Positions 39,240-49,966 of a stretch of DNA of 64,000 nt are shown here, one piece after another. The DNA is from Mobula hypostoma (Eukaryota), in contig NC_086097.1 of assembly GCF_963921235.1 (NCBI RefSeq), forward strand, positions 4,836,001 through 4,900,000, written 5' to 3'. Each line of letters begins with the position of its first letter. Positions within the stretch are counted from its first letter, which is position 1. A program made the translations under genes and the position numbers. The notes under the pieces are model-generated. The model saw only the letters and a list, made by a program, of their open reading frames with translations. It did not search any database and was not told where the DNA came from.

Positions 39240-39745
39240 GATCTTGGCCCAAAATGCCGACTGTTTTGTTCATTTCCATAGATGCCGCCCGACCCACGGT
39301 GTTCCCTGAGCATTTCGTGTGAGTTGCTCTGGATTTCCAGCATCTGCAGAATCTCTTGTGTTTATGATTTGCTGCTCCATTGTGAAGTCTTGTTGAGGGA
39401 TGCCGACCCTGAAGAAGTTAAATCTTCTCTTCAACATGAGTTCAGTGAGACCCTCACTCATTGCTCACTCGCTGTGACCTTTGCTGCCTCTAACTCTTTG
39501 ACCCTGTACTCACCCAGACTCATTACCATAGCCACGTGTCCTTCCAGGGAATATGATTTCACTGCCATCTTGTTCCATATGGCTTCCAGCTCCCTTCCCC
39601 CTTCCTTTCCAGTCCTAAGAAGTATTGGCCCGAAACATTGACTCTCTATTCCTTTCCATAGCTGCTGCCTGACCTGCTGAGTTCCTCCAGCATTTTGTGG
39701 GTGTTGCTCTGGATTTCCAGCATCTGCAGAATCCCTTGCGTTAAT
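39240..39745 (+). mobile_element. Two tandem old Penelope 3' tails (about 39240-39365 and 39580-39745)
   Basis: Both end in TTGCTCTGGATTTCCAGCATCTGCAGAATC. Confidence 0.7.
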
Positions 39746-40310
39746 AATTCCCAAGAGCCCCTCCTCTTCCCTCAGATTCCTCTACTTGCCTATACCCTGT
39801 ATGCTTGGGGCAAATTACAGTGGCTAAATAGTCTTCCAATCCACATGTCATTGGGATGATGCAGAAGGAAACTAGCGTGGTGGGGGGAATGCATTTAGAC
39901 ACAGACGAGACATGCAAACTCCACACAGACAGCACCAGGAGTCAGGGCTCAACCATTAGAGCTATGAGAGAATGGCTGTGCTGGTCGCTAACCCCAAATG
40001 TAAATTGTTTAGGAAGGTTTCGATCTGAATTATCAACAATTCCTTCCCCCGCCCCCCCAAAAATATCAGCTTGATCTGTCGTGCTCCTGCCGCAGTTGGT
40101 TCTTCTGCTTGAGATCAGCGTTTGTGTTAGTGCCGGGCACAGCACAAGTTTAATGCACAAGGAAGGGTGAAGTTCGAAGTAAATTTATTATCAAAGTACA
40201 TATATGTCAACATCAGAGTCAACAAGACCGTACCCAACAGGACGAACAAAAGATAACAAACTGCAAATACAAAATGAAGGGGTAAACTTTAATAATAATA
40301 ATAATAATAT

Positions 40311-40532
40311 AAAAACACCAGAAATATTTTGAATTAAAAGAGGATATTGAACGACTTTGGAACATGAACAGGGTATAAATTGTCCCAACAATCATAGCTG
40401 GAAGTGGTATTATCATCCCAAAATCACTACACAATAAACATTAAACAATTCAGCCTACACAGCAATATTTATGTAAATCTCCTGAAAGCCACAATAGTAA
40501 ACACCACTGGAATAGTCCCAAAGTTTCTAGGT
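40311..40532 (+). mobile_element. R4/Dong-clade (RLE) non-LTR retrotransposon, extreme 3' fragment
   Basis: Manual translation KHQKYFELKEDIERLWNMNRV*IVPTII...IPKSL, then after a frameshift NLLKATIVNTTGIVPKFL; lies directly after a (TAA)n tract. Confidence 0.7.
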
Positions 40533-40893
40533 TGTGGGATCAGTTAAGTGATCTCTTATTACAAAACAACGGAAATGTTACATTTTCGCAGAGGTGGGAA
40601 GTGTTTTTTTACCCATCTGTTGAATTAAATTCAAAGAGGTACTTATCCTGTGTCAGGTTTTGTAGAGCCATCTGTCTGCAAGCAGCACTCATGTTGGTTG
40701 GTTTCAGTAAAGTTAGTAAACACATAAGAACTTTGTAGTCTATTTCAATTCACATCATTTATTTATTTTCTGCAAAGACCGAGCTTTACCTGATAATGTC
40801 GAAGTCACGTAAAGCCTTATTCCGACGATCAAAGTTCGGATTCTGATCCGCAGGCCTACTGAAGTTTTTCCAAGACCCGGCAAAGCTGATCTT

Positions 40894-43800
40894 ATGGAAC
40901 ATTATAGCTTTTCACTTTTTCTATGCCAATACCCAGTACGTCGCAGAAAGACATTCGGTGGGAATCAAATTAAAGAGGCTAGGCGTGAGGAGGTTAGTTC
41001 ACAACAGGGGGATGGGAACCAGTGCAGAGAGACAGAGGGGTGTAAAGTGAGGGTAGAAGCAAAAAGTACTAAGGAGAAAAGTAAAAGTGGCAGGCCGACA
41101 AATCCAGGGCAAGCATTAAAAAGGGCCACTTTTCAACATAATTGTATAAGGGCTAAGAGAGTTGTAAAAGAGCGCCTGAAGGCTTTGTGTGTCAATGCAA
41201 GGAGCATTCGTAATAAGGTGGATGAATTGAAAGTGCAGATTATTATTAATGATTATGATATAGTTGGGATCACAGAGACATGGCTCCAGGGTGACCAGGG
41301 ATGGGAGCTCAACGTTCAGGGATATTCAATATTCAGGAGGGATAGACATGAAGGAAGGGGAGGTGGGGTGGCGTTGCTGGTTAAAGAAGAGATTAACACA
41401 ATAGAAAGGAAGGACATAAGCCGGGAAGATGTGGAATCGATATGGGTAGAGCTGCGTAACACTAAGGGGCAGAAGACGCTGGTGGGAGTTGTGTACAGGC
41501 CACCTAACAGTAGTAGTGAGGTCGGAGATGGTATTAAACAGGAAATTAGAAATGTGTGCAATAAAGGAACAGCAGTTATAATGGGTGACTTCAATCTACA
41601 TGTAGATTGGGTGAACCAAATTGGTAAAGGTGCTGAGGAAGAGGATTTCTTGGAATGTATGCGGGATGGTTTTTTGAACCAACATGTCGAGGAACCAACT
41701 AGAGAGCAGGCTATTCTGGACTGGGTTTTGAGCAATGAGGAAGGGTTAATTAGCGATCTTGTCGTGAGAGGCCCCTTGGGTAAGAGAGACCATAATATGG
41801 TGGAATTCTTCATTAAGATGGAGAGTGACATAGTTAATTCAGAAACAAAGGTTCTGAACTTAAAGAGGGGTAACTTTGAAGGTATGAGACGTGAATTAGC
41901 TAAGATAGACTGGCAAATGACACTTAAAGGATTGACGGTGGATATGCAATGGCAAGCATTTAAAGGTTGCATGGATGAACTACAACAATTGTTCATCCCA
42001 GTTTGGCAAAAGAATAAATCAAGGAAGGTAGTGCACCCGTGGCTGACAAGAGAAATTAGGGATAGTATCAATTCCAAAGAAGAAGCATACAACTTAGCCA
42101 GAGAAAGTGGCTCACCTGAGGACTGGGAGAAATTCAGAGTTCAGCAGAGGAGGACAAAGGGCTTAATTAGGAAGGGGAAAAAAGATTATGAGAGAAAACT
42201 GGCAGGGAACATAAAACCGGACTGTAAAAGCTTTTATAGATATGTAAAAAGGAAAAGACTGGTAAGGACAAATGTAGGTCCCCTGCAGACAGAAACAGGT
42301 GAATTGATTATGGGGAGCAAGGACATGGAAGACCAACTGAATAATTACTTTGGTTCTGTCTTTACTAAGGAGGACATAAATAATCTTCCAGAAATAGTAA
42401 GGGACAGAGGGTCCAGTGAGATGGAGGAACTGAGTGAAATACATGTTAGTAGGGAAGTGGTGTTAGGTAAATTGAAGGGATTGAAGGCAGATAAATCCCC
42501 AGGGCCAGGTGGTCTGCATCCTAGAGTGCTTAAGGAAGTAGCCCAAGAAATAGTGGATGCATTAGTGATAATTTTTCAAAACTCGTTAGATTCTGGACTA
42601 GTTCCTGAGGATTGGAAGGTGGCTAGTGTAACTCCACTTTTTAAAAAAGGAGGGAGAGAGAAACCGGGGAATTATAGACCGGTTAGCCTAACGTCGGTGG
42701 TGGGGAAACTGCTGGAGTCAGTTATCAAGGATGTGATAACAGCACATTTGGAAAGCGGTGAAATGATCGGACAAAGTCAGCATGGATTTGTGAAAGGAAA
42801 ATCATGTCTGACGAATCTCATAGAATTTTTTGAGGATGTAACTAGTAGAGTGGATAGGGGAGAACCAGTGGATGTGGTATATTTGGATTTTCAAAAGGCT
42901 TTTGACAAGGTCCCACACAGGAGATTAGTGTGCAAACTTAAAGCACACGGTATTGGGGCTAAGGTATTGGTGTGGGTGGAGAATTGGTTAGCAGACAGGA
43001 AGCGAAGAGTGGGAATAAACGGGACCTTTTCAGAATGGCAGGTGGTGACTAGTGGGGTACCGCAAGGCTCAGTGCTGGGACCCCAGTTGTTTACAATATA
43101 TATTAATGACTTGGATGAGGGAATTAAATGCAGCATCTCCAAGTTTGCGGATGACACGAAGCTGGGTGGCAGTGTTAGCTGTGAGGAGGATGCTAAGAGG
43201 ATGCAGGGTGACTTGGATAGGTTGGGTGAGTGGGCAAATTCATGGCAGATGCAATTTAATGTGGATAAATGTGAAGTTATCCACTTTGGTGGCAAAAATA
43301 GGAAAACAGATTATTATCTGAATGGTGGCCGATTAGGAAAAGGGGAGGCGCAACAAGACCTGGGTGTCATTATACACCAGTCATTGAAAGTGGGCATGCA
43401 GGTACAGCAGGCGGTGAAAAAGGCAAATGGTATGCTGGCATTTATAGCGAGAGGATTCGAGTACAGGAGCAGGGAGGTACTACTGCAGTTGTACAAGGCC
43501 TTGGTGAGACCACACCTGGAGTATTGTGTGCAGTTTTGGTCCCCTAATCTGAGGAAAGACATCTTTGCCATAGAGGGAGTACAAAGAAGGTTCACCAGAT
43601 TGATTCCTGGGATGGCAGGACTTTCATATGAAGAAAGACTGGATGAACTGGGCTTGTACTCGTTGGAATTTAGAAGATTGAGGGGGGATCTGATTGAAAT
43701 GTATAAGATCCTAAAGGGATTGGACAGGCTAGATGCAGGAAGATTGTTCCCGATGTTGGGGAAGTCCATAACGAGGGGCCACAGTTTGAGGATTGGGGGG

Positions 43801-43983
43801 AAGCCTTTTGGGACCGAGATTAGGAAAAACTTCTTCACACAGAGAGTGGTGAATCTGTGGAATTCTCTGCCACAGGAAACAGTTGAGGCCAGTTCATTGG
43901 CTATATTTAAGAGGGAGTTAGATATGGCCCTTGTGGCTACGGGGGTCAGGGGGTATGGAGGGAAGGCTGGGGCGGGGTTCTGA
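40894..43983 (+). CDS. CR1 ORF2: APE endonuclease plus reverse transcriptase (first ~20 codons probably come from flanking DNA)
   Basis: APE motifs NARS, TETW, YRPP, GDFN, LD and (R)DH; RT motifs QHGF, DFQKAFD, GVPQGSVLGP and FADD; 1029 codons with no stop. Confidence 0.93.
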   Translation: MEHYSFSLFLCQYPVRRRKTFGGNQIKEARREEVSSQQGDGNQCRETEGCKVRVEAKSTKEKSKSGRPTNPGQALKRATFQHNCIRAKRVVKERLKALCVNARSIRNKVDELKVQIIINDYDIVGITETWLQGDQGWELNVQGYSIFRRDRHEGRGGGVALLVKEEINTIERKDISREDVESIWVELRNTKGQKTLVGVVYRPPNSSSEVGDGIKQEIRNVCNKGTAVIMGDFNLHVDWVNQIGKGAEEEDFLECMRDGFLNQHVEEPTREQAILDWVLSNEEGLISDLVVRGPLGKRDHNMVEFFIKMESDIVNSETKVLNLKRGNFEGMRRELAKIDWQMTLKGLTVDMQWQAFKGCMDELQQLFIPVWQKNKSRKVVHPWLTREIRDSINSKEEAYNLARESGSPEDWEKFRVQQRRTKGLIRKGKKDYERKLAGNIKPDCKSFYRYVKRKRLVRTNVGPLQTETGELIMGSKDMEDQLNNYFGSVFTKEDINNLPEIVRDRGSSEMEELSEIHVSREVVLGKLKGLKADKSPGPGGLHPRVLKEVAQEIVDALVIIFQNSLDSGLVPEDWKVASVTPLFKKGGREKPGNYRPVSLTSVVGKLLESVIKDVITAHLESGEMIGQSQHGFVKGKSCLTNLIEFFEDVTSRVDRGEPVDVVYLDFQKAFDKVPHRRLVCKLKAHGIGAKVLVWVENWLADRKRRVGINGTFSEWQVVTSGVPQGSVLGPQLFTIYINDLDEGIKCSISKFADDTKLGGSVSCEEDAKRMQGDLDRLGEWANSWQMQFNVDKCEVIHFGGKNRKTDYYLNGGRLGKGEAQQDLGVIIHQSLKVGMQVQQAVKKANGMLAFIARGFEYRSREVLLQLYKALVRPHLEYCVQFWSPNLRKDIFAIEGVQRRFTRLIPGMAGLSYEERLDELGLYSLEFRRLRGDLIEMYKILKGLDRLDAGRLFPMLGKSITRGHSLRIGGKPFGTEIRKNFFTQRVVNLWNSLPQETVEASSLAIFKRELDMALVATGVRGYGGKAGAGF

Positions 43984-44070
43984 GTTGGAGGATTAGCTAT
44001 GATCATAATAAATGGCAGTGCAGGCTCGAAGGGCCGAATGGCACCTATTTTCTATGTTTCTATGTTTCTA
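40956..44070 (+). mobile_element. Young CR1-clade LINE, 5'-truncated upstream of the ORF2 endonuclease domain
   Basis: Uninterrupted EN-RT frame, 3' UTR and (TTTCTATG)n tail; 5' boundary approximate. Confidence 0.95.
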
Positions 44071-45268
44071 TTAAGTGTAGAGTTGTATCTTTGGAGAAGC
44101 GTGCTTTACCAAGACTTGATTAAAATATACAACCAAATGCTCAGTACAAAGCAGCTTATTAACAATTATGTTGTTCTCCTTTACGCTTGCGTACTGGAAA
44201 TGACATTAAACATTTTGGAATAAGATGAAGATACACGGCAGACTTTTACTCTTCAAAAGTGTGGGGGCATTATTTTCACTGGACGTCCTTGAATTATTAT
44301 GGCAGATGACTGATGCAGTTTTTCTTTGCACAAGCATAGCTCTGTGGACGAGAACGATAATGATGTGGGCAGCTTACAAAAATGACACTGGCTGAGAGGA
44401 CAAATGGGTGGAAAATGGATGTAATGACTCTAAAGGGCCTCTGCGAGCTACAGCTGTTCATGTTACATTATGATAATAGCAGTATATTACATAACCATCT
44501 TTGGCTCTGTTTCTCAAATATATTCAGAGTTTATAGACTGATATGAATTGAGAACTGCTGTTTCTGCAGTTTGTTTGAAAGTCAGAAGCTCCTATAATTT
44601 AGGTCTTAAACCTGGAGGCTGCCAGCTACATCAATAAAGTTTGCAGAAAACAGCACAATAAAATAAATTCTTCAATTTCAATACATTAAATTGATATTGA
44701 TTTTAGGATCCAGCTACTTATTTACATACCCACCAAATGATCTATAGTTCCTCGAAAAATTCTCTACCCAAGAGGGCTGAGGAGATTCAGTCACTAAGTA
44801 TATTCAAGAAGGAGACAGTTTTTAAAATGTGTTTTTATTTTTTATTTAGAGAAGTGGTGTGGAACGGATTCTTCTGGCTCACCAACCTCCTATCTGGGTG
44901 AGGTGAGGGGTCAGAGCCTTTGCTGGTCAGAACTGACCATGGATTTTGTGTCTAAGCTGTCTAGATATGCAAGCCTGGGCAGTGTGATACGGAGAGAAAG
45001 TTGTTGCTCAGGTAGCAAGCTCCCCGTTCTCCACGCATCTGATGAACCCAAAGGAATGGCAGAGACTGGCACAGTTTGGTACCAGCGGCGTTGCAGGAGT
45101 TGCCAGTCAGTTGAACCCTCTATTTAACCCTGGCCTAATTACAGGACAACTTATAATGGCTGTATAAAGGTAAACAACAGGAATTCTGCAGATGCTGGAA
45201 ACTCAAGCAACATACATCAAAGTTGCTGGTGAACGCAGCAGGCCAGGCAGCATCTCTAGGAAGAGGTG

Positions 45269-45306
45269 CAGTCGACGTTTCAGGCCGAGACCCTTCGTCA
45301 GGACTA
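45269..45306 (-). ncRNA. Minimal type I hammerhead ribozyme, left arm
   Basis: Minus strand reads TAGTC-CTGACGA-AGGGTCTCGGCCT-GAAA-CGTC|GACTG. Confidence 0.78.
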
Positions 45307-45600
45307 ACTGAAGGAAGAGTGAGTAAGAGATTTGAAAGTTGGAGGGGGAGGGGGAGATCCAAAATGATAGGAGAAGACAGGAGAGGAAGGGATGGAGCCA
45401 AGAGCTGGACAGGTGATTGGCAAAAGGGATATGAGAGGATCATGGGACGGGAGGTCCAGGAAGAAAGACAAGGTGGGGGGGGGACCCAGAGGATGGGCAA
45501 GAGGTATATTCTGAGGGACAGAGGGAGAAAAAGGAGAGTGAGAGAAAGAATCTGTGTATAAAAATAAGTAACAGATGGGGTACGAGGGGAAGGGGGGGCA

Positions 45601-47097
45601 TTAGCGGAAGTTAGAGAAGTCGATGTTCATGTCATCAGGTTGGAGGCTACCCAGACAGAATATAAGGTGTTGTTCCTCCAACCTGAGCGTGGCTTCATCT
45701 TTACAGTAGAGGAGGCCGTGGATAGACATGTCAGAATGGGAATGGGATGTGGAATTAAAATGTGTGGCCACTGGGAGATCCTGCTTTCTCTGGCGGACAG
45801 AGCGTAGGTGTTCAGCAAAATGATCTCCCAGTCTGCGTCGGGTCTCGCCAATATATAGAAGGCCACATCGGGAGCAGCAGACGCAGTATATCACCCCAGC
45901 CGACTCACAGGTGAAGTGTCGCCTCACCTGGAAGGACTGTCTGGGGCCCTGAATGGTGGTAAGGGAGGAAGTGTAAGGGCACGTGTAGCACTTGTTCCGC
46001 TTACACGGATAAGTGCCAGGAGGGAGATCAGTGGGGAGGGATGGGGGGGACGAATGGATAAGGGAGTCGCGTAGGGAGCGATTCCTGTGGAAAGCAGAGG
46101 GGGGGGGAGGGAAAGATGTGCTTAGTGCTGAGATCCCGTTGGAGGTGGCGGAAGTTACGGAGAATAATATGTTGGACCTGGAGGCTGGTGGGGCGTTAGG
46201 TGAGGACCAGGGGAACCCTATTCCTAGTGGGGTGGCGGGAGGATGGAGTGAGAGCAGGTGTGCGTGAAATGGGGGAGATGCATTGGAGAGCAGAGTTGAT
46301 AGTGGAGGAAGGGAAGCCCCTTTGTTTAAAAAAGGAGGACATCTCCCTCGTCCTAGAATGAAAAGCCTCATCCTGAGAGCAGATGCGGCGGAGACGGAGG
46401 AATTGCGAGAAGGGAATGGCGTTTTTGCAAGAGACAGAGTGAGAAGAGGAATAGTCCAGATAGCTGTGAGAGTCAGTAGGCTTATAGTAGACATCAGTGG
46501 ATAAGCTGTCTCCAGAGACAGAGACAGAAAGATCTAGAAAGGGGAGGGAGGTGTCGGAAATGGACCAGGTAAACTTGAGGGCAGGGTGAAAGTTGGAGGC
46601 AAAGTTAATAAAGTCAACGAGTTCTGCATGCGTGCAGGAAGCAGCGCCAATGCAGTCGTCGATGTAGCGAAGGAAAAGTGGGGGACAGATACCAGAATAG
46701 GCACGGAACATAGATTGTTCCACAAACCCAACAAAAAGGCAGGCATAGCTAGGACCCATACGGGTGCCCATAGCTACACCTTTAGTTTGGAGGAAGTGGG
46801 AGGAGCCAAAGGAGAAATTATTAAGTGTAAGGACTAATTCCACTAGACGGAGCAGAGTGGTGGTAGAGGGGAACTGATTAGGTCTGGAATCCAAAAAGAA
46901 GCGGAGAGCTTTGAGACCTTCCTGATGGGGGATGGAAGTATATAGGGATGGGCATTCATGGTGAAAATAAAGCGGTGGGGGCCAGGGAACTTAAAATCAT
47001 CGAAAAGTTTAAGAGCGTGAGAAGTGTCACGAACATAGGTCGGAAGGGATTGAACAAGGGGGGATAAAACCATGTCGAGGTATGCAGAAACGAGTTC
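45601..47097 (-). pseudogene. Penelope RT + GIY-YIG endonuclease, left arm
   Basis: QTKGVAMG, RYIDD, FLDL, YYKPT, linker CKRNKCYTC, GVIY...LYIGET, EH, HF, GMN-like end; frameshifts near 46200 and 46950. Confidence 0.92.
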
Positions 47098-48679
47098 CCA
47101 CACCTCAGACTTCCCGTTTCTACCTCCTACCCAAGATCCACAAACCTGCCTGTCCTGGCCGACCTATTATCTCAGCTTGCTCCTGCCCCACCGAACTCAT
47201 TTCTGCATACCGCAACACGGTTTTATACCTCTTGTTCAATCCCTTCCTACCTATGTTCATGACACTTCTCACGCTCTTAAACTTTTCGATGATTTTAAGT
47301 TCCCTGGCCCCCACCGCTTTATTTTCACCATGTATGTCCAGTCCTTATATACTTCCATCCCCCATCAGGAAGGTCTCAAAGTTCTGCGCTTCTTTTTGTA
47401 ATCCAGACCTAATCAGTTCCCCTCTACCACCACTCTGCTCCGTCTAGCGGAATTAGTCCTTACTCTTAATAATTTCTCCTTTGGCTCCTCCCACTTCCTC
47501 CAAACTAAAGGTGTAGCTATGGGCACCCGTAAGGGTCCTAGCTATGCCTGCCTTTTTGTTGGGTTTATGGAACAATCTATGTTCCGTGCCTATTCTGGTA
47601 TCTGTCCCCCACTTTTCCTTCGCTACATTGACGACTGCATTGGCGCTGCTTCCTGCACGCATGCAGAGCTCGTTGACTTTATTAACTTTGCCTCCAACTT
47701 TCACCCTGCCCTCAAGTTTACCTGGTCCATTTCCGACACCTCCCTCCCCTTTCTAGATCTTTCTGTCTCTGGAGACAGCTTATCCACTGATGTCTACTAT
47801 AAGCCTACTGACTCTCACAGCTACCTGGACTATTCCTCTTCTCACCCTGTCACTTGCAAAAACGCCATCCCCTTCTCGCAATTCCTCCATCTCCGCCGCA
47901 TCTGCTCTCAGGATGAGGCTTTTCATTCTAGGACGAGGGAGATGTCCTCCTTTTTTAAACAAAGGGGCTTCCCTTCCTCCACTATCAACTCTGCTCTCCA
48001 ATGCATCTCCCCCTATTCACGCACACCTGCTCTCACTCCATCCTCCCGCCACCCCACTAGGAATAGGGTTCCCCAGGTCCTCACCTACCACCCCACCAGC
48101 CTCCGGGTCCAACATATTATTCTCCGTAACTTCCGCCACCTCCAATGGGATCCCAGCACTAAGCACATCTTTCCCTCCCCCCCCGCTTTCCGCAGGGATT
48201 GCTCCCTACGTGACTCCCTTGTCCATTCGTCCCCCCCATCCCTCCCCACTGATCTCCCTCCTGGCATTTATCCGTGTAAGCGGAACAAGTGCTACACATG
48301 CCCTTACACTTCCTCCCTTACCACCATTCAGGGCCCCAGACAGTCCTTCCAGGTGAGGCGACACTTCACCTGTGAGTCGGCTGGGGTGATATACTGCGTC
48401 CGGTGCTCCTGATGTGGCCTTCTATATATTGGCGAGACCCGACGCAGACTGGGAGACCGCTTTTCTGAACACCTACGCTCTGTCCGCCAGAGAAAGCAGG
48501 ATCTCCCAGTGGCCACACATTTTAATTCCACATCCCATTCCCATTCTGACATGTCTATCCACGGCCTCCTCTACTGTAAAGATGAAGCCACGCTCCGGTT
48601 GGAGGAACAACACCTTATATTCCGTCTGGGTAGCCTCCAACCTGATGGCATGAACATCGACTTCTCTAACTTCCGCTAG
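47098..48679 (+). pseudogene. Penelope RT + GIY-YIG endonuclease, right arm
   Basis: FYLLPKIHK, GRPIIS, SLYTSIP, GVAMG, RYIDD, CKRNKCYTC, GVIY...YIGET; frameshift near 47228 and stops at 47399 and 48410. Confidence 0.92.
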
Positions 48680-48971
48680 GCCCCACCTCCCCCTCGTACC
48701 CCAGCTGTTACTCATTTTTATGCACACATTCTTTCTCTCACTCTCCTTTTTCTCCCTCTGTCCCTCTGAATATACCTCTTGCCCATCCTCTGGGTCACCC
48801 CCCCCCCCGTCTTTCTTCCCGGACCTCCTGTCCCATGATCCTCTCGTATCCCCTTTTGCCTATCACCTGTCCAGCTCTCGGCTCTATCCCTCCCCCTCCT
48901 GTCTTCTCCTATCATTTTGGATCTCCCCCTCCCCCTCCAACTTTCAAATCCCTTACTCACTCTTCCTTCAG

Positions 48972-49010
48972 TTAGCCCTGACGAAGGGTCTCTTCCTGAA
49001 ACGTCGACTG
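48972..49010 (+). ncRNA. Minimal type I hammerhead ribozyme, right arm (one stem I mismatch)
   Basis: TAGCC-CTGACGA(48978-48984)-AGGGTCTCTTCCT-GAAA-CGTC|GACTG. Confidence 0.7.
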
Positions 49011-49469
49011 CACCTCTTCCTAGAGATGCTGTCTGGCCTGCTGCGTTCACCAGCAACTTTGATGTGTGTTGCTGTATAAAGGTACTGTCTTTGGACTGTG
49101 GGAGGAAAACCAAACACCAGGAAGAAACACACGTGGTCAAGAGTACGTACAAACTCATTACAGAGGCTGCTCGACTTGAAGTCTGAACTCCAATGCCCGG
49201 AGCTGTAAAGCGTCATGCTGACTACTATGCTACCACAGCCTATACATTTATACAGAGAATCAAAGAACATACCCAAGTCTCTATGGGACATTAGGAAAGA
49301 GATTGCTGGGGCATTGATAAGGATCTTTTGCACCTTCCCTGGCCACAAGAGTGCTCCCAAAGGATTGGAGGATGGCAAATGTTGTTCTATTGTTAAGAGG
49401 TAGTCAGGGTAATCTTGGGGATTATGAACCAGTGAGTCTTACTTCAGTGGAATCATCTGGCAGGACAGA

Positions 49470-49810
49470 CACACTAACACCAGCGTACTGGAGGAGGAAC
49501 ATACTCCACCATGAAAAAGCAACACCAACTCCGATGGAGAGATCCTGTCATTCGATGTCTAGCTCACGTCTCCCCAAACAGATCCTTTACCCCCAGTAGA
49601 GGGAAGGTCAGTGAGCCCCTGGTGAGTTGAGGAAATGCTTCAAAGATAAAATCAAAATCGGCCTGAGCAAATTCAACATTACATCTAACAATTGGGAAGA
49701 CAACGCACTCAACAGATAGATGTGGAGGAAATCTGTTCAAGAGGGGGCTGTGGTACATGAAGATAATTTCTGCTGTGCTGCAGAGAACAAGCGGCAAATG
49801 TGAAAGGGGA
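49470..49810 (+). mobile_element. RTE-clade LINE 3' fragment
   Basis: Manual translation RLPKQILY..REG..APG..RKCFKD.IK..L......WE..A.NR..WR, typical of the RTE C-terminus. Confidence 0.75.
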
Positions 49811-49966
49811 GAAGGTGATAACTTCACCCAACTTCCAATGCATACAATCCTCCCTTAGTTGACATCTTCCAGAAAGCAAACAAAAATATATTTATTACTT
49901 CTTTTGCATCTGTTTTTCACCTTAAATGTGTTTCCTGGGACTGTTAGAGCCCACGATTTATGAAGA

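Larger units (their letters stand above)
45173..49070. mobile_element. Penelope-like element (Neptune-type): two inverted 5'-truncated arms in one insertion
   Basis: Minus arm 45173-47097 and plus arm 47098-49070; perfect 14-bp TSD GCTGTATAAAGGTA (45159-45172, 49071-49084); the host V-SINE resumes after the TSD. Confidence 0.95.

Noticed and set aside
41316..44006. Long minus-strand ORFs (258, 134 and 230 aa)
   Set aside because: Antisense shadows of the intact CR1 ORF2
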